DNA from: a virus
Strand: one strand, 5' to 3'
DNA: 64,000 bases
Virus record (IMG/VR): IMGVR_UViG_3300049855_000474
Span: 64,001 to 128,000 of that record
The translations under genes and the position numbers were made by a program. The notes under the pieces are model-generated. The model saw only the letters and a list, made by a program, of their open reading frames with translations, had not been told where the DNA came from and did not search any database. Positions 28,052-37,287 of the stretch are shown here, piece by piece. Position 1 is the stretch's first letter; each line of letters opens with the position of its first letter.

Positions 28052-28771
28052 TTAATCTTCGTCGGAGTCACCCGACACATCGAGGCTCTGACCACGACGA
28101 GCAGCAAATTCCTGCTTAGCGTACTTCTCTACAAGACCCTGGCTATTAGCCACGATGTAGGCAAGATCTGCCTCACTAAGGTCGAGCCCCTCAAGCTCGC
28201 TACGAACTTCTCGAGCCTTCTTTTCCCTTGTAGTAAGAGCTGCGACAAGGACCTTGACACGAGCCTGGACATCGCCATCCTCATCATTGTCAGCAATCCC
28301 GACATCTTGAGGATCAACAGGCTGCGACAACGAAACGCCAGGGTTCTCCCCAACCACGATAGCATCGTGCTGCTTATGGTAGAGCAAGGCATCGTCCTCG
28401 GGACGACCAGTCTCTCGCATCTTTCGAATCTCAGGATTACCGTAATCCAGATACTGATAGGCGCGATCGACATCCTCACGAGCGCGAGGATTAGTCTCGT
28501 AATAAGCCTCCGCCTCAGCAGGAGGCACGATCTCAAGAACGCGACGCATGATCAAATCACGGAGGTCACGACTGTTCCGGAGAGTATCGGGAGTAACACG
28601 ATCCGAAAGGCAGACAGGGTGCTTGACACCAGGGATATCAAGCTTCTGAACGCGACCGGAGCGATCCGTCATCGTGAGGATGATAAGTCCTCGCGGCTTG
28701 TGGACGTTACGTACCCAAATTGGCTTATTTTCATCTAGAATTTGATCGATGTGACGAATGCTATAACTCAT
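28052..28771 (-). CDS. Probable abundant virion (head decoration) protein
   Basis: AAGGAG RBS; capsid-like codon bias; IWVRN...DLRDLIMRRVLEIV N-terminal domain. Confidence 0.6.
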   Translation of the reverse strand: MSYSIRHIDQILDENKPIWVRNVHKPRGLIILTMTDRSGRVQKLDIPGVKHPVCLSDRVTPDTLRNSRDLRDLIMRRVLEIVPPAEAEAYYETNPRAREDVDRAYQYLDYGNPEIRKMRETGRPEDDALLYHKQHDAIVVGENPGVSLSQPVDPQDVGIADNDEDGDVQARVKVLVAALTTREKKAREVRSELEGLDLSEADLAYIVANSQGLVEKYAKQEFAARRGQSLDVSGDSDED

Positions 28772-28908
28772 GAATTAGTCTCCTTAATTAAGTCTTTATC
28801 GGAAGTTTCTTTAGTAACTTCTTCCTTAGAAGACTCTTCCTTCAAATCAGGCTGTTGTTTATCGGTCTCAACAATCTTTTCTTCTCGAACTACACCATAC
28901 CGTATCAT
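28768..28908 (-). CDS. 46-aa charged protein (below ORF-track cutoff)
   Basis: MIRYGVVREEKIVETDK...ETNS; its stop overlaps the next ATG (ATGA). Confidence 0.45.
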   Translation of the reverse strand: MIRYGVVREEKIVETDKQQPDLKEESSKEEVTKETSDKDLIKETNS

Positions 28909-29056
28909 ACACTACCACTCACCTGCTCTCATCGAGCTTTCTGTTTCATAGACATGCTGTTAGCAGTGGCCTCAACAGACTGTCGCCGGGGCGGAACTCG
29001 GCGAAGATACTAATTACTTTGTAAGTTGCTATCGGCAGTTGCCTAGTAACACAGAT

Positions 29057-29401
29057 TTACATCTGTGATAACGAATCTGCGATAAGAAAAGCAATTGTTT
29101 TACTTGTCTTTTCTACATCTATAACGCAAAGGAGCTTCTTCTCCCCAGAAACAGGCTTCCAATGAACCAAGTACTCAAAACGAATATCAAATTTCTGCAG
29201 GGTCAGCGATCCTATCTTCGTCTCTGTAATCCTGGAAAATACATCAAACTCTACAGGAGACTTAAAGAGAATCAGCTTACCTATACTGTCTTTTACAAGT
29301 TTGTGGTTAATAAGCGACTCTATGTCGGGAAGCTTAGAAGCTAAATGCTCCTCAGGAGTTCCACGACAACAAGACATTCTATTTAGTATCCACGTTAGCA
29401 C
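29057..29401 (-). CDS. Hypothetical protein downstream of tubulin
   Basis: ~110 aa, overlaps the tubulin stop. Confidence 0.45.
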   Translation of the reverse strand: MLTWILNRMSCCRGTPEEHLASKLPDIESLINHKLVKDSIGKLILFKSPVEFDVFSRITETKIGSLTLQKFDIRFEYLVHWKPVSGEKKLLCVIDVEKTSKTIAFLIADSLSQM

Positions 29402-30503
29402 TTAGCTGTTTCAACTCCTGCAATCGGGCAGCTGGGGGCTCCAGACCCGAAATCATAGTAAAGACCTTCATCCCAGAGTTAGCACTTTCATAAACACCGT
29501 TATGAAGAGTAATTCCTTCATTTCCAATGATACGTCCTAAGCTGTGGAAAGCTGAATCAAGATGTTCCATAGGAAGCTCGGCAAGAACATCATCGTGAGC
29601 TACAATAATAGCCCCTGCCATATCAGCCTTGGTTAGATCAAAACCATCAGCCAGAAGAGTACCTGCCAAGTTCTGACGAATAGCTTTACTGATATCTTCC
29701 TTGGAGTCCCATTTCTCCACAGAAGTCATACCGAAGATAAGAATGCCGTTCCGGAGAATAGAACGAAAATCAGAACGGTCAAAAGTACTGTACTCGCTAT
29801 TCTGAGCTGCCAGAATATTGAATGTATGAAGCACAGAAGCGAAATTCTGATTGGCAACCTTCCAGAAGTTCTTCACGGAAAGCCCAGGCAAAATAGAATG
29901 AATCTTAGCATTATCAACAAGAATTAAAGTCTTGATATCACCACGGTCACAAAGCTCGATAGCTTCTTCCAAAGCTTTGAGCGCATTTGCCTGGACGCGT
30001 GCACCTTCTGAGCGTTTTGGCATAGTCATAATAACGCCAACTTTTCGCTCAGTAGTCGACTCAATCTGAGTCGTACTCAAATATTCCTTCAACGCCCGTA
30101 AAGCAACAGACCAAGAGCCTGTACCAGAACCACCACCAGCACCAACACACAAAAAGGCTTGCTCTACATCCTGACCATACACCCGGAGAAGCATCTCCAT
30201 AATGTCTTCAAATGATTCCTCAGCCGCAAGTCTTCCTTGTTCTGGGTCTTTTCCAGCACCACCGCGATCTTTACCAATAACCAATTTATTTGGAATTGAA
30301 AGACTTGCAAGGTCCTGGTCTGTCGTATTCAGAGCACAGACGCGAACGTAGCCAAGGTCATGAAAAGCTTGAGCAACACGACCACCGCCCTGACCAACGC
30401 CAAGAAAAGCCATCTTCAAGGCAGAAACAAATTGATCTTTAATCACAACTGTATCAAACTTAGGCTGTTCAGCTGCTTTAAACTCGGGTAATTCGATTGC
30501 CAT
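29379..30503 (-). CDS. Tubulin/FtsZ-family GTPase (PhuZ/TubZ-like role inferred)
   Basis: LGVGQGGGRV, ALNT..DL, GAGKDPEQG, GAGGGSGTG, LVDN, T7-like FDRSD; start placed at ATG 30503 behind GAGG (track start 30650). Confidence 0.9.
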   Translation of the reverse strand: MAIELPEFKAAEQPKFDTVVIKDQFVSALKMAFLGVGQGGGRVAQAFHDLGYVRVCALNTTDQDLASLSIPNKLVIGKDRGGAGKDPEQGRLAAEESFEDIMEMLLRVYGQDVEQAFLCVGAGGGSGTGSWSVALRALKEYLSTTQIESTTERKVGVIMTMPKRSEGARVQANALKALEEAIELCDRGDIKTLILVDNAKIHSILPGLSVKNFWKVANQNFASVLHTFNILAAQNSEYSTFDRSDFRSILRNGILIFGMTSVEKWDSKEDISKAIRQNLAGTLLADGFDLTKADMAGAIIVAHDDVLAELPMEHLDSAFHSLGRIIGNEGITLHNGVYESANSGMKVFTMISGLEPPAARLQELKQLSANVDTK

Positions 30504-30660
30504 AGGTGACCTCTTCGTGGAAGATTGGGGAACAGTCTGTTCTAATTTTACAGGAACAATAGTACTTTCGGCATAAGAGGGAACTACTTTATAGTTCTCT
30601 ATGCCAGGTAAAGGCGTTCCAAAACGCAATGTCCCTTTTACATTTGTCAAGAAACAAATC

Positions 30661-31143
30661 TCAAGATTTTTTCAAAAAATTGTACAAATCAGCAGGAGTA
30701 ATAGAGGAGGGTTCCAGATCAGCAGAACCCGGATAATCGCCTGCTTTAAGCATAATTACTATAGCTTCGGAGCAAAAAATGGCTTTAGTATTGAATGGAT
30801 TACTCCATTTAAGCCGCAACCAACGACCTAACAAAACAAAAATCGTACCAAAAACACCAAAGTAGTCATACCTACGACCTAACCACTGAGTGGCTTTCTG
30901 GATAGCTGATTCTTTTAAATTATCAAGTGGGATAATGTATACAATTTTATGTTTCTTATCAAAAGAAGACAAAGTCACCAGTTGAAAGCCACCAGGCACA
31001 GCTTCAAGAACCATATCTATACCAAGAAAAGAATTACGAAGAATGAGGAATGCGTGACTAACAGTGCTACGGGTAAAAAACCGTATAACTTTCGAACCTA
31101 TATTTCGACTTCGAGAAAAGCCAATACTTACCTGGACTGTCAT
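30661..31143 (-). CDS. Permuted papain-like (YiiX/YebB-type) amidase
   Basis: VSHAF...LGRRYDY...FCSE...ITPADL, His before Cys. Confidence 0.8.
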   Translation of the reverse strand: MTVQVSIGFSRSRNIGSKVIRFFTRSTVSHAFLILRNSFLGIDMVLEAVPGGFQLVTLSSFDKKHKIVYIIPLDNLKESAIQKATQWLGRRYDYFGVFGTIFVLLGRWLRLKWSNPFNTKAIFCSEAIVIMLKAGDYPGSADLEPSSITPADLYNFLKKS

Positions 31144-31144
31144 T

Positions 31145-31453
31145 TTAAGTTCTCCAATGATCCAAAGCGTACCAAATAAACAAGACACCAACGACGCAAG
31201 TCAAAGGGTCACTAACCCACGCATTCAGCCAGGACTCGGGTGTAAGCCAAATGTCAGGCTTCCGAGGCTCCATAATTCTCTCAAAAACTTCCCAAGCGAA
31301 AGCTAGGAACAAACAGAGACCCATAGAAAACCAGCGGTTCCACTGGAAGGACCACGTGATAGAGCCAAAATAGATCCAAAAGCTGATGTGGACAATAGTC
31401 CAAACATCAACAAAAGTTCGACCAGTCTTAATAGGAAAAAGCCAATCCATCAT
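31145..31453 (-). CDS. Small membrane protein with H/E/D metal-ligand pattern
   Basis: DVWTIVH...AWEVFE...ESWLNAWVSD with three hydrophobic helices. Confidence 0.6.
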   Translation of the reverse strand: MMDWLFPIKTGRTFVDVWTIVHISFWIYFGSITWSFQWNRWFSMGLCLFLAFAWEVFERIMEPRKPDIWLTPESWLNAWVSDPLTCVVGVLFIWYALDHWRT

Positions 31454-32574
31454 TCACTCTCCGATCTACAATAAAAGGTTGCGGTAGCCATATAACCAAC
31501 AAAAGGTTCATGGTGCTCTAAATATACACGAAGCTCCATACCTTTTGCACTAGATAACGAGACGCTACCCAGGTAGTCCCAATCAAAAGTAGTTACAGCA
31601 TGATGCTGTGAACGCCAGTTGTCAGGATCGCCTAGGGCTGGGTAGGAAGGATACGAACGAAAAGCATCATTATGAAAGTCAGCCATGGTTTTATACGCCA
31701 ATCGCTGTAGGCGAATCTTATAACCAATACCATAAGGTATTCCATACGCTGTCATTTGGGCTGATGTCAGGAAGAAGTCTGCGATACCCCAAGCCTCAAA
31801 TAAAACAGTGTCTCTTGGATCTACATCAGAAGAGAATTGTACCTCAGCAATATCGATCAAAAGTTGTTTACCAGCCAAAGGCTTAACTGTATATATACTA
31901 TTTATGGCGTAGTGGTACGTTACTTTGATAACATCAGCAACATCTTTTACTGATTCAAAAATAACTTTACCAAGTTCGTAATTAATCGTATAATCTCCAC
32001 CTGTCCCGTAATGAGGATCCTGTTCAGTCTTCACGACATCATTAACTTTCACTACAACACGAAGGGAGTGTCCGCCGGAACCTAGCAAGTCGTCTTCTTG
32101 TGTTATTCTTCCATGATAATTATCTATCACCCGGTTCTGGGCTAGGTTATAAGTGATATGATCTCCGGAGTCTGTAGCTACTTCGTCTACAATACGTGTC
32201 GCCGTCTGATACCAAGTACAAGGGTCGGTAAAATCATAAGAAAAGAAATTTGTACGTACATTCTGAGATTTCTCTATAGCGATACGTTGGCGACCATCGG
32301 AGGTTTTTGCTGGATTAACAAGCAACTGACCGACACCCACGATATAAGCGATAGCCTCATCTTCACTAACGATCTGGATAGATGTACGATCCTCTAACCA
32401 AGCGGTAAAATCAGTAGTATCCACATCGGATACGTAAGTTACATAAAAGTACTCCAAATTTCCGGCATACAGATGAAAAGTTTGGTCATCAACAGGTTGT
32501 TTATAAACTACCCAGTGATGATTAGCGTTCAAAACTAGCTTCCAGGTAGTATAAGGTATGTATAATCTACGCAT
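31450..32574 (-). CDS. Putative virion structural protein
   Basis: 374 aa beta-rich (DYTINYELGKVIF) in the fibre/decoration block. Confidence 0.6.
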   Translation of the reverse strand: MRRLYIPYTTWKLVLNANHHWVVYKQPVDDQTFHLYAGNLEYFYVTYVSDVDTTDFTAWLEDRTSIQIVSEDEAIAYIVGVGQLLVNPAKTSDGRQRIAIEKSQNVRTNFFSYDFTDPCTWYQTATRIVDEVATDSGDHITYNLAQNRVIDNYHGRITQEDDLLGSGGHSLRVVVKVNDVVKTEQDPHYGTGGDYTINYELGKVIFESVKDVADVIKVTYHYAINSIYTVKPLAGKQLLIDIAEVQFSSDVDPRDTVLFEAWGIADFFLTSAQMTAYGIPYGIGYKIRLQRLAYKTMADFHNDAFRSYPSYPALGDPDNWRSQHHAVTTFDWDYLGSVSLSSAKGMELRVYLEHHEPFVGYMATATFYCRSESE

Positions 32575-32580
32575 TTTGCC

Positions 32581-35568
32581 TCAAGAATCGTAGTAATCAA
32601 AGGAACCACGGAAAATATTGGAAGTTCCAGAAACTGGAGTTACATACATGACAATTCTAGCAGGACCAGGTACCTTAATGTATGATCCGTAGTTACGAGG
32701 AACTTGGCTGGACTGACCATGCAACGTCAAGAAATCACCAACCTGCTTTTCTGGCTGGTTTGCCACTGGTAGACTACGAACTTTCAGAACAAAAACAGAG
32801 CCGTTACCAGCTACAGTTGAGTTACTACCAATTAAAGTACCTGTTACGCTGCATACTAGACCTGAAGCCACATAATGATGTGCCCAAAAAGTTTGATTAT
32901 TGGTGGCTGCTATGGTGCCTACAGCGGTCCCACCACCAGCAGCTCCTGTAAATAGAGTAATAATCCCAACATTGGATCCGGTACTACCAACAGTTAAGAC
33001 CTCCATTTTTTCAATAAAACATTTCGTAGTAGTAACTAGATTAACAGCAGTTGTACCGTTGAGGGTTACATCTTCAGTGCCTACAGTGGTACCTGTAGCA
33101 TCCATCCAAGTAATTCTAACCTGGCGAGCGCCCGTACCAGCAGAAGAATCGTTTGCACTCGAGGAAACGATAGAACCGGTAAAATTAGCTGCAGGCTCTG
33201 TATAAGAAGTACGCCTAACAGCAGCTTGAGCTGTGGAAGCTAGGGAAGGGTCTCCAAACGCAATTCCTGGAATAGAATTTTCCGGAGCAGAGGTGACGGG
33301 GATAGCTAACTGATTAGGAGACAAAACAACTACAAGAGCCTTATCTGAAGCAACTGGAGCCGTACTTGCAGGTTTGACCGATACAGGACCAGTAGTGCCA
33401 TCAGACAACTGATTGAAAATCGAACGGGCAACGCTATCACCCGTAGGCAATGTGTTGGTTCCGTCAGTTATACGAACAGGCCAGTACCCGGACAAAGAAG
33501 CAGCGGTGCCTTGGTTCGCGGTAACCGTACCGTCCACAGTAAGAGATCCACCATTGTCCGTAACGGGTATAGCAGTCTGATTACTAGCAAGTACAACAGG
33601 AGAACTTGCCGCCATAACAGCCTGACCAGCAGATAAGGTCTTAGTATTAATAGCAGACAGGGTTGTTTCGGTTGCAGCTCCTGATGGAAGCGGTAACGAC
33701 GCAGCAGAAATTGGGATAGTATTATTAGGACTGATAGCAACTACAAGAGCGGGGTCCGCTGCTACTGCTGCTGTAGAGGCAGCTTTGATCGTAGCTGTAT
33801 TGGTGCCATCTGTGATCTTTTCAAAGATAGCCCTACCAACAGCATCCCCCGTTGGCATTGTATTAGTGCCATCTGTTACTCTAACAGGCCAATACCCAGC
33901 AAGAGAAGCGGCAGTGCCCTGAGTAGCAGTAACAGTACCATCTACAGTAAGCGATCCGCCGTTATCAGTAACAGGAATAGCAGTCTGATTACTAGCAATA
34001 ACAACAGGGGAGGAGGATGCCATAGCTGCTTGACCCGCAGCTAAAGTCTTCGTATTAATAGAAGATAATGTAGTTTCCGTAGCCGCACCTGTTGGAAGCG
34101 GAAGAGAAGCCGCAGAAACAGGCTGTGTTACACTGGAACCATCAACTCGAAGCCCGCCAGCGGTATTTAAAGAAAGTGAACTTAGTTGTCCAGTTGTATA
34201 AGAGGGAGCCGCCGTAGTGACAGAGCCACCAATAGAAGTTGCTTGAGCTGGTGGAGAGGAACCCGTAGCACTAACGCTAGGATTACTAGCCACAATTGGA
34301 GTATTAGGAGAAATAGCAACAACAAGAGCGGTATCAGCCGCCACCGCTGCTGTAGAAGCTGATTTTACCGTAGCTGTATTAGTACCATCATTAATCTTGG
34401 TTGTTTGATTACCAAGAGTAGTTTGGTTCGCAGAAGTTGCAGCACCTGTAGGCAGAGGAAGGGATGTCGCTGAAATTGGTTGAGTTGTTGTCCCGGTTGG
34501 GTCTACTCTTAAAGGATCTGACGAAGTACCAGCTTCAACAGAACCGCCAGAGGCACTTTTACGAAGAATTGTACCTAAAATAAACTGAGTACCTGCACCA
34601 GAATCCGCATCAAATACCCTAGCGGCCTGTAGATTAGTTCCATCAGAACCACCAACCTGAGTAGAAGAGGTTGGAATAGATGTATTATTGGATCCAACGG
34701 AAGGGTTTGTTGCAGTAATTGAGCTGTTAGGACTAATTGCTACAACAAGAGCAGGGTCTGACGCGACAGGAGCAGTACTAGCCGCCTTAACCGCTGCGAT
34801 ATTTGTTCCATCCGTAATCTTCTCAAAGAGTGCTCGACCAGCAGTATCTCCAGTTGGCATTGTATTAGTGCCATCTGTTACTCTAACAGGCCAATACCCG
34901 GACAAAGAAGCAGCTGTACCTTGAATAGTTGTAACTGTACCGTCAATAGTAAGCGATCCGCCATTGTCTGTAACTGAGATTGCGGTCTGATTACTCGCAA
35001 TTACAACAGGATAACTCGCAGACATAACAGCTTGACCCGAAACGAGCGTCTTTGTATCAATAGAAGCAAGCGTTGTCTGCGTCGCTGCGCCTGCTGGAAG
35101 CGGTAAAGATGTAACACTAACAGGCTGGGTAGTGGTTCCAGTAGGATCAATTCGAAGGGGGTGCGTATTATCCCCCAAGAAATCTGTATTATTAGGACTA
35201 AGTATTTTGCCGTTAGCATCGACAGTACCGCTGGTAACAGTGACCGTTCCGCTTGTAACATTGACATTCTGTGGGTCATCTGGTAAAGCTATACCAGAAT
35301 GATCACCTAAAATACTCCCACCAGAAGCTGGTGAATTAGGAGTTTGCGATGACAAACCATCTAAAGTATTCTTCTCTCCGCTAGCAAGAGGATCTTTGAA
35401 CCAAATTGTAAGACTATCATCCCCTGGGGCTGTGATACCACCAGCAACGTAATCAATTTGAGTTACAATAGAACTTAATTCTATTTCACGACGTAACCTA
35501 GCAACACTAACTAATCCAGAAGGGACATCGGTGCTGATTGTATATACGTAACTAGTAGGCGTAGGCAT
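32581..35568 (-). CDS. Repeat-rich fibre/surface protein
   Basis: 995 aa Thr/Ser/Ala/Gly-rich; SLPLPxGAAT...PVVIASNQTAI.VTDNGGSLT.DGTV...YWPVR.TDGTNT.PTGD...ALVVAISPN occurs three times plus partial copies. Confidence 0.75.
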   Translation of the reverse strand: MPTPTSYVYTISTDVPSGLVSVARLRREIELSSIVTQIDYVAGGITAPGDDSLTIWFKDPLASGEKNTLDGLSSQTPNSPASGGSILGDHSGIALPDDPQNVNVTSGTVTVTSGTVDANGKILSPNNTDFLGDNTHPLRIDPTGTTTQPVSVTSLPLPAGAATQTTLASIDTKTLVSGQAVMSASYPVVIASNQTAISVTDNGGSLTIDGTVTTIQGTAASLSGYWPVRVTDGTNTMPTGDTAGRALFEKITDGTNIAAVKAASTAPVASDPALVVAISPNSSITATNPSVGSNNTSIPTSSTQVGGSDGTNLQAARVFDADSGAGTQFILGTILRKSASGGSVEAGTSSDPLRVDPTGTTTQPISATSLPLPTGAATSANQTTLGNQTTKINDGTNTATVKSASTAAVAADTALVVAISPNTPIVASNPSVSATGSSPPAQATSIGGSVTTAAPSYTTGQLSSLSLNTAGGLRVDGSSVTQPVSAASLPLPTGAATETTLSSINTKTLAAGQAAMASSSPVVIASNQTAIPVTDNGGSLTVDGTVTATQGTAASLAGYWPVRVTDGTNTMPTGDAVGRAIFEKITDGTNTATIKAASTAAVAADPALVVAISPNNTIPISAASLPLPSGAATETTLSAINTKTLSAGQAVMAASSPVVLASNQTAIPVTDNGGSLTVDGTVTANQGTAASLSGYWPVRITDGTNTLPTGDSVARSIFNQLSDGTTGPVSVKPASTAPVASDKALVVVLSPNQLAIPVTSAPENSIPGIAFGDPSLASTAQAAVRRTSYTEPAANFTGSIVSSSANDSSAGTGARQVRITWMDATGTTVGTEDVTLNGTTAVNLVTTTKCFIEKMEVLTVGSTGSNVGIITLFTGAAGGGTAVGTIAATNNQTFWAHHYVASGLVCSVTGTLIGSNSTVAGNGSVFVLKVRSLPVANQPEKQVGDFLTLHGQSSQVPRNYGSYIKVPGPARIVMYVTPVSGTSNIFRGSFDYYDS

Positions 35569-35574
35569 AAATCC

Positions 35575-36504
35575 TCAGTTATCAATCAGCCAAAGCGTTA
35601 GGTATACATCTTGAATGCCTGCACTACCTGAACCGCCAGCAAAGCGGTAGTCTACCGTAAAGGTATGTACGCCGGATAACGCGACTTGCACGCTATGACC
35701 CGAATTGCTGAATTGGGAGCCTGCTGTACTCGCTTTATTAACTACTAAAAATAGATTGGTGGCGCCATCTTTACGTACACGGCTTTCGACCTGCGTATTA
35801 TTATTCGATCCATTCGTGATGTAGGACCAAAATAGAATGTAATCGCCGACAGGCAAGCTCGTAGTCGTCAACGTTAATTTAGTAATAAAGGTAGCGCTCG
35901 TAGTGGTACTCAGCACCAAGGAATTTACACGATTTAACTCAGCAGCTACACCGGCTACAACAGTAACCAGGTTCCAATTTCCTGCTCCATCCGACTGCAT
36001 CATACGACCCGCAGGAGCGGCGCCAGAACTTAGGTTTTGTGCAGTAATAGGTTGAATGCCTCCTACATAATGCTGAGAGGCATGCGCAGTGGCTTGAGTA
36101 TCCAAATCCTTTAAAACAGCTTGAGCAGTACTATTTGCGGAAGCTACGAAAGTCGAGGTGTCCACACCGACACGAAGAGCACCGGACTTGTTTCTAAAAG
36201 CGGCTGTTCCTCCTGTGGAGGTAGCGATAGCTTCAACAACATCAAGAGATTGATCAGTGAGAACGTTGGCTACGGTGTAGGTCCCGTTGGCACCCGAAGT
36301 ACCAGTGAGAACAACTTTATCCCCAACTTCAACAGGGTCATCTCCATAAATCAGACTTACAGAGCCTGGAAAGAGGATGACTTTTGTGCCGGAGGTAGTG
36401 GAAGTAACAGTGTTTCCAGTGCGATAAGAAGTTACACCCGTAGCTGCTAACTCAGTAGAGTCAACAATATCAAGGTCTACAATATCGGCTTTGGATATAC
36501 CCAT
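35575..36504 (-). CDS. Putative fibre/decoration protein
   Basis: 309 aa Thr/Gly-rich with a C-terminal beta-sandwich (GVHTFTVDYR). Confidence 0.6.
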   Translation of the reverse strand: MGISKADIVDLDIVDSTELAATGVTSYRTGNTVTSTTSGTKVILFPGSVSLIYGDDPVEVGDKVVLTGTSGANGTYTVANVLTDQSLDVVEAIATSTGGTAAFRNKSGALRVGVDTSTFVASANSTAQAVLKDLDTQATAHASQHYVGGIQPITAQNLSSGAAPAGRMMQSDGAGNWNLVTVVAGVAAELNRVNSLVLSTTTSATFITKLTLTTTSLPVGDYILFWSYITNGSNNNTQVESRVRKDGATNLFLVVNKASTAGSQFSNSGHSVQVALSGVHTFTVDYRFAGGSGSAGIQDVYLTLWLIDN

Positions 36505-37001
36505 TACTTCTTAGGGGATTTACCTGAAGGTATAATACGAACCCCAGGAATATCCGTAGAAACCCCAGATAGTTTCTCCGCAATCTTCTCTACTTGCTTA
36601 GTAGTCACTTTTTCTAAAGGCGTTTCAACTACAGCAGTAACAGTTTCGTCAACTTTTTCAGCTTCTTCACGCTCTTTAGCAAGAGCAGCCATCTCTTCCA
36701 AACGCCGTACTTCCTGTGTATTGAAAGCTGCTACGATGTTAACAATAAGGTCACCCATGTCATTACAGGCTTTCATACGACCATGCTCCTCACCAATCTG
36801 GTGAGTCAGACGTTCTATTTCCCGCTGACTTTTGATCTTGATTCCTTCGATACCATTTAGTATCTGAATCATTTGACCTTGAAAAAGCTCAGGAGTTACG
36901 ATATCATAAGTAATAGCTTTTGTAAGCTCAGACCTAAGTTCAAGAAGACGCTCTTTGTAATTTTTCTCGTGTTTATTTCCGCGTGGCTCTATTCCAGACA
37001 T
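36504..37001 (-). CDS. Coiled-coil hypothetical protein
   Basis: 165 aa, AGGAG RBS. Confidence 0.55.
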   Translation of the reverse strand: MSGIEPRGNKHEKNYKERLLELRSELTKAITYDIVTPELFQGQMIQILNGIEGIKIKSQREIERLTHQIGEEHGRMKACNDMGDLIVNIVAAFNTQEVRRLEEMAALAKEREEAEKVDETVTAVVETPLEKVTTKQVEKIAEKLSGVSTDIPGVRIIPSGKSPKK

Positions 37002-37009
37002 AAAACTCC

Positions 37010-37270
37010 TTAGAACTTATTATACTTTTTCTCATCTCTAGCCATTCTATTTGCTAAATAGAGACACTGTTCGCAGTACACACCGTGACGATCTTTAGGA
37101 AGCAAATGTAAATCCCCGGATATCTGAATGAATCGCATCCGTTGGACTTTACCGTCTCTCTCCATAAATTCGTCAGCGGTGTGACCAGATTTGCACCAGA
37201 GATCTTGAGGATAGTCAAGATCGCCTGGATTTATTACTCTCTGAGTTAAGTCAGCTTTAAGCTTTGACAT
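37010..37270 (-). CDS. Small zinc-finger protein
   Basis: CKSGH...CEQC. Confidence 0.55.
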   Translation of the reverse strand: MSKLKADLTQRVINPGDLDYPQDLWCKSGHTADEFMERDGKVQRMRFIQISGDLHLLPKDRHGVYCEQCLYLANRMARDEKKYNKF

Positions 37271-37287
37271 AAGTTAGCAACTATATT

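Noticed and set aside
30504-30650. 49-aa N-terminal extension of tubulin and a TTGACA promoter at 30645-30650
   Set aside because: A better RBS precedes ATG 30503, and no -10 box lies at the right spacing from this TTGACA.
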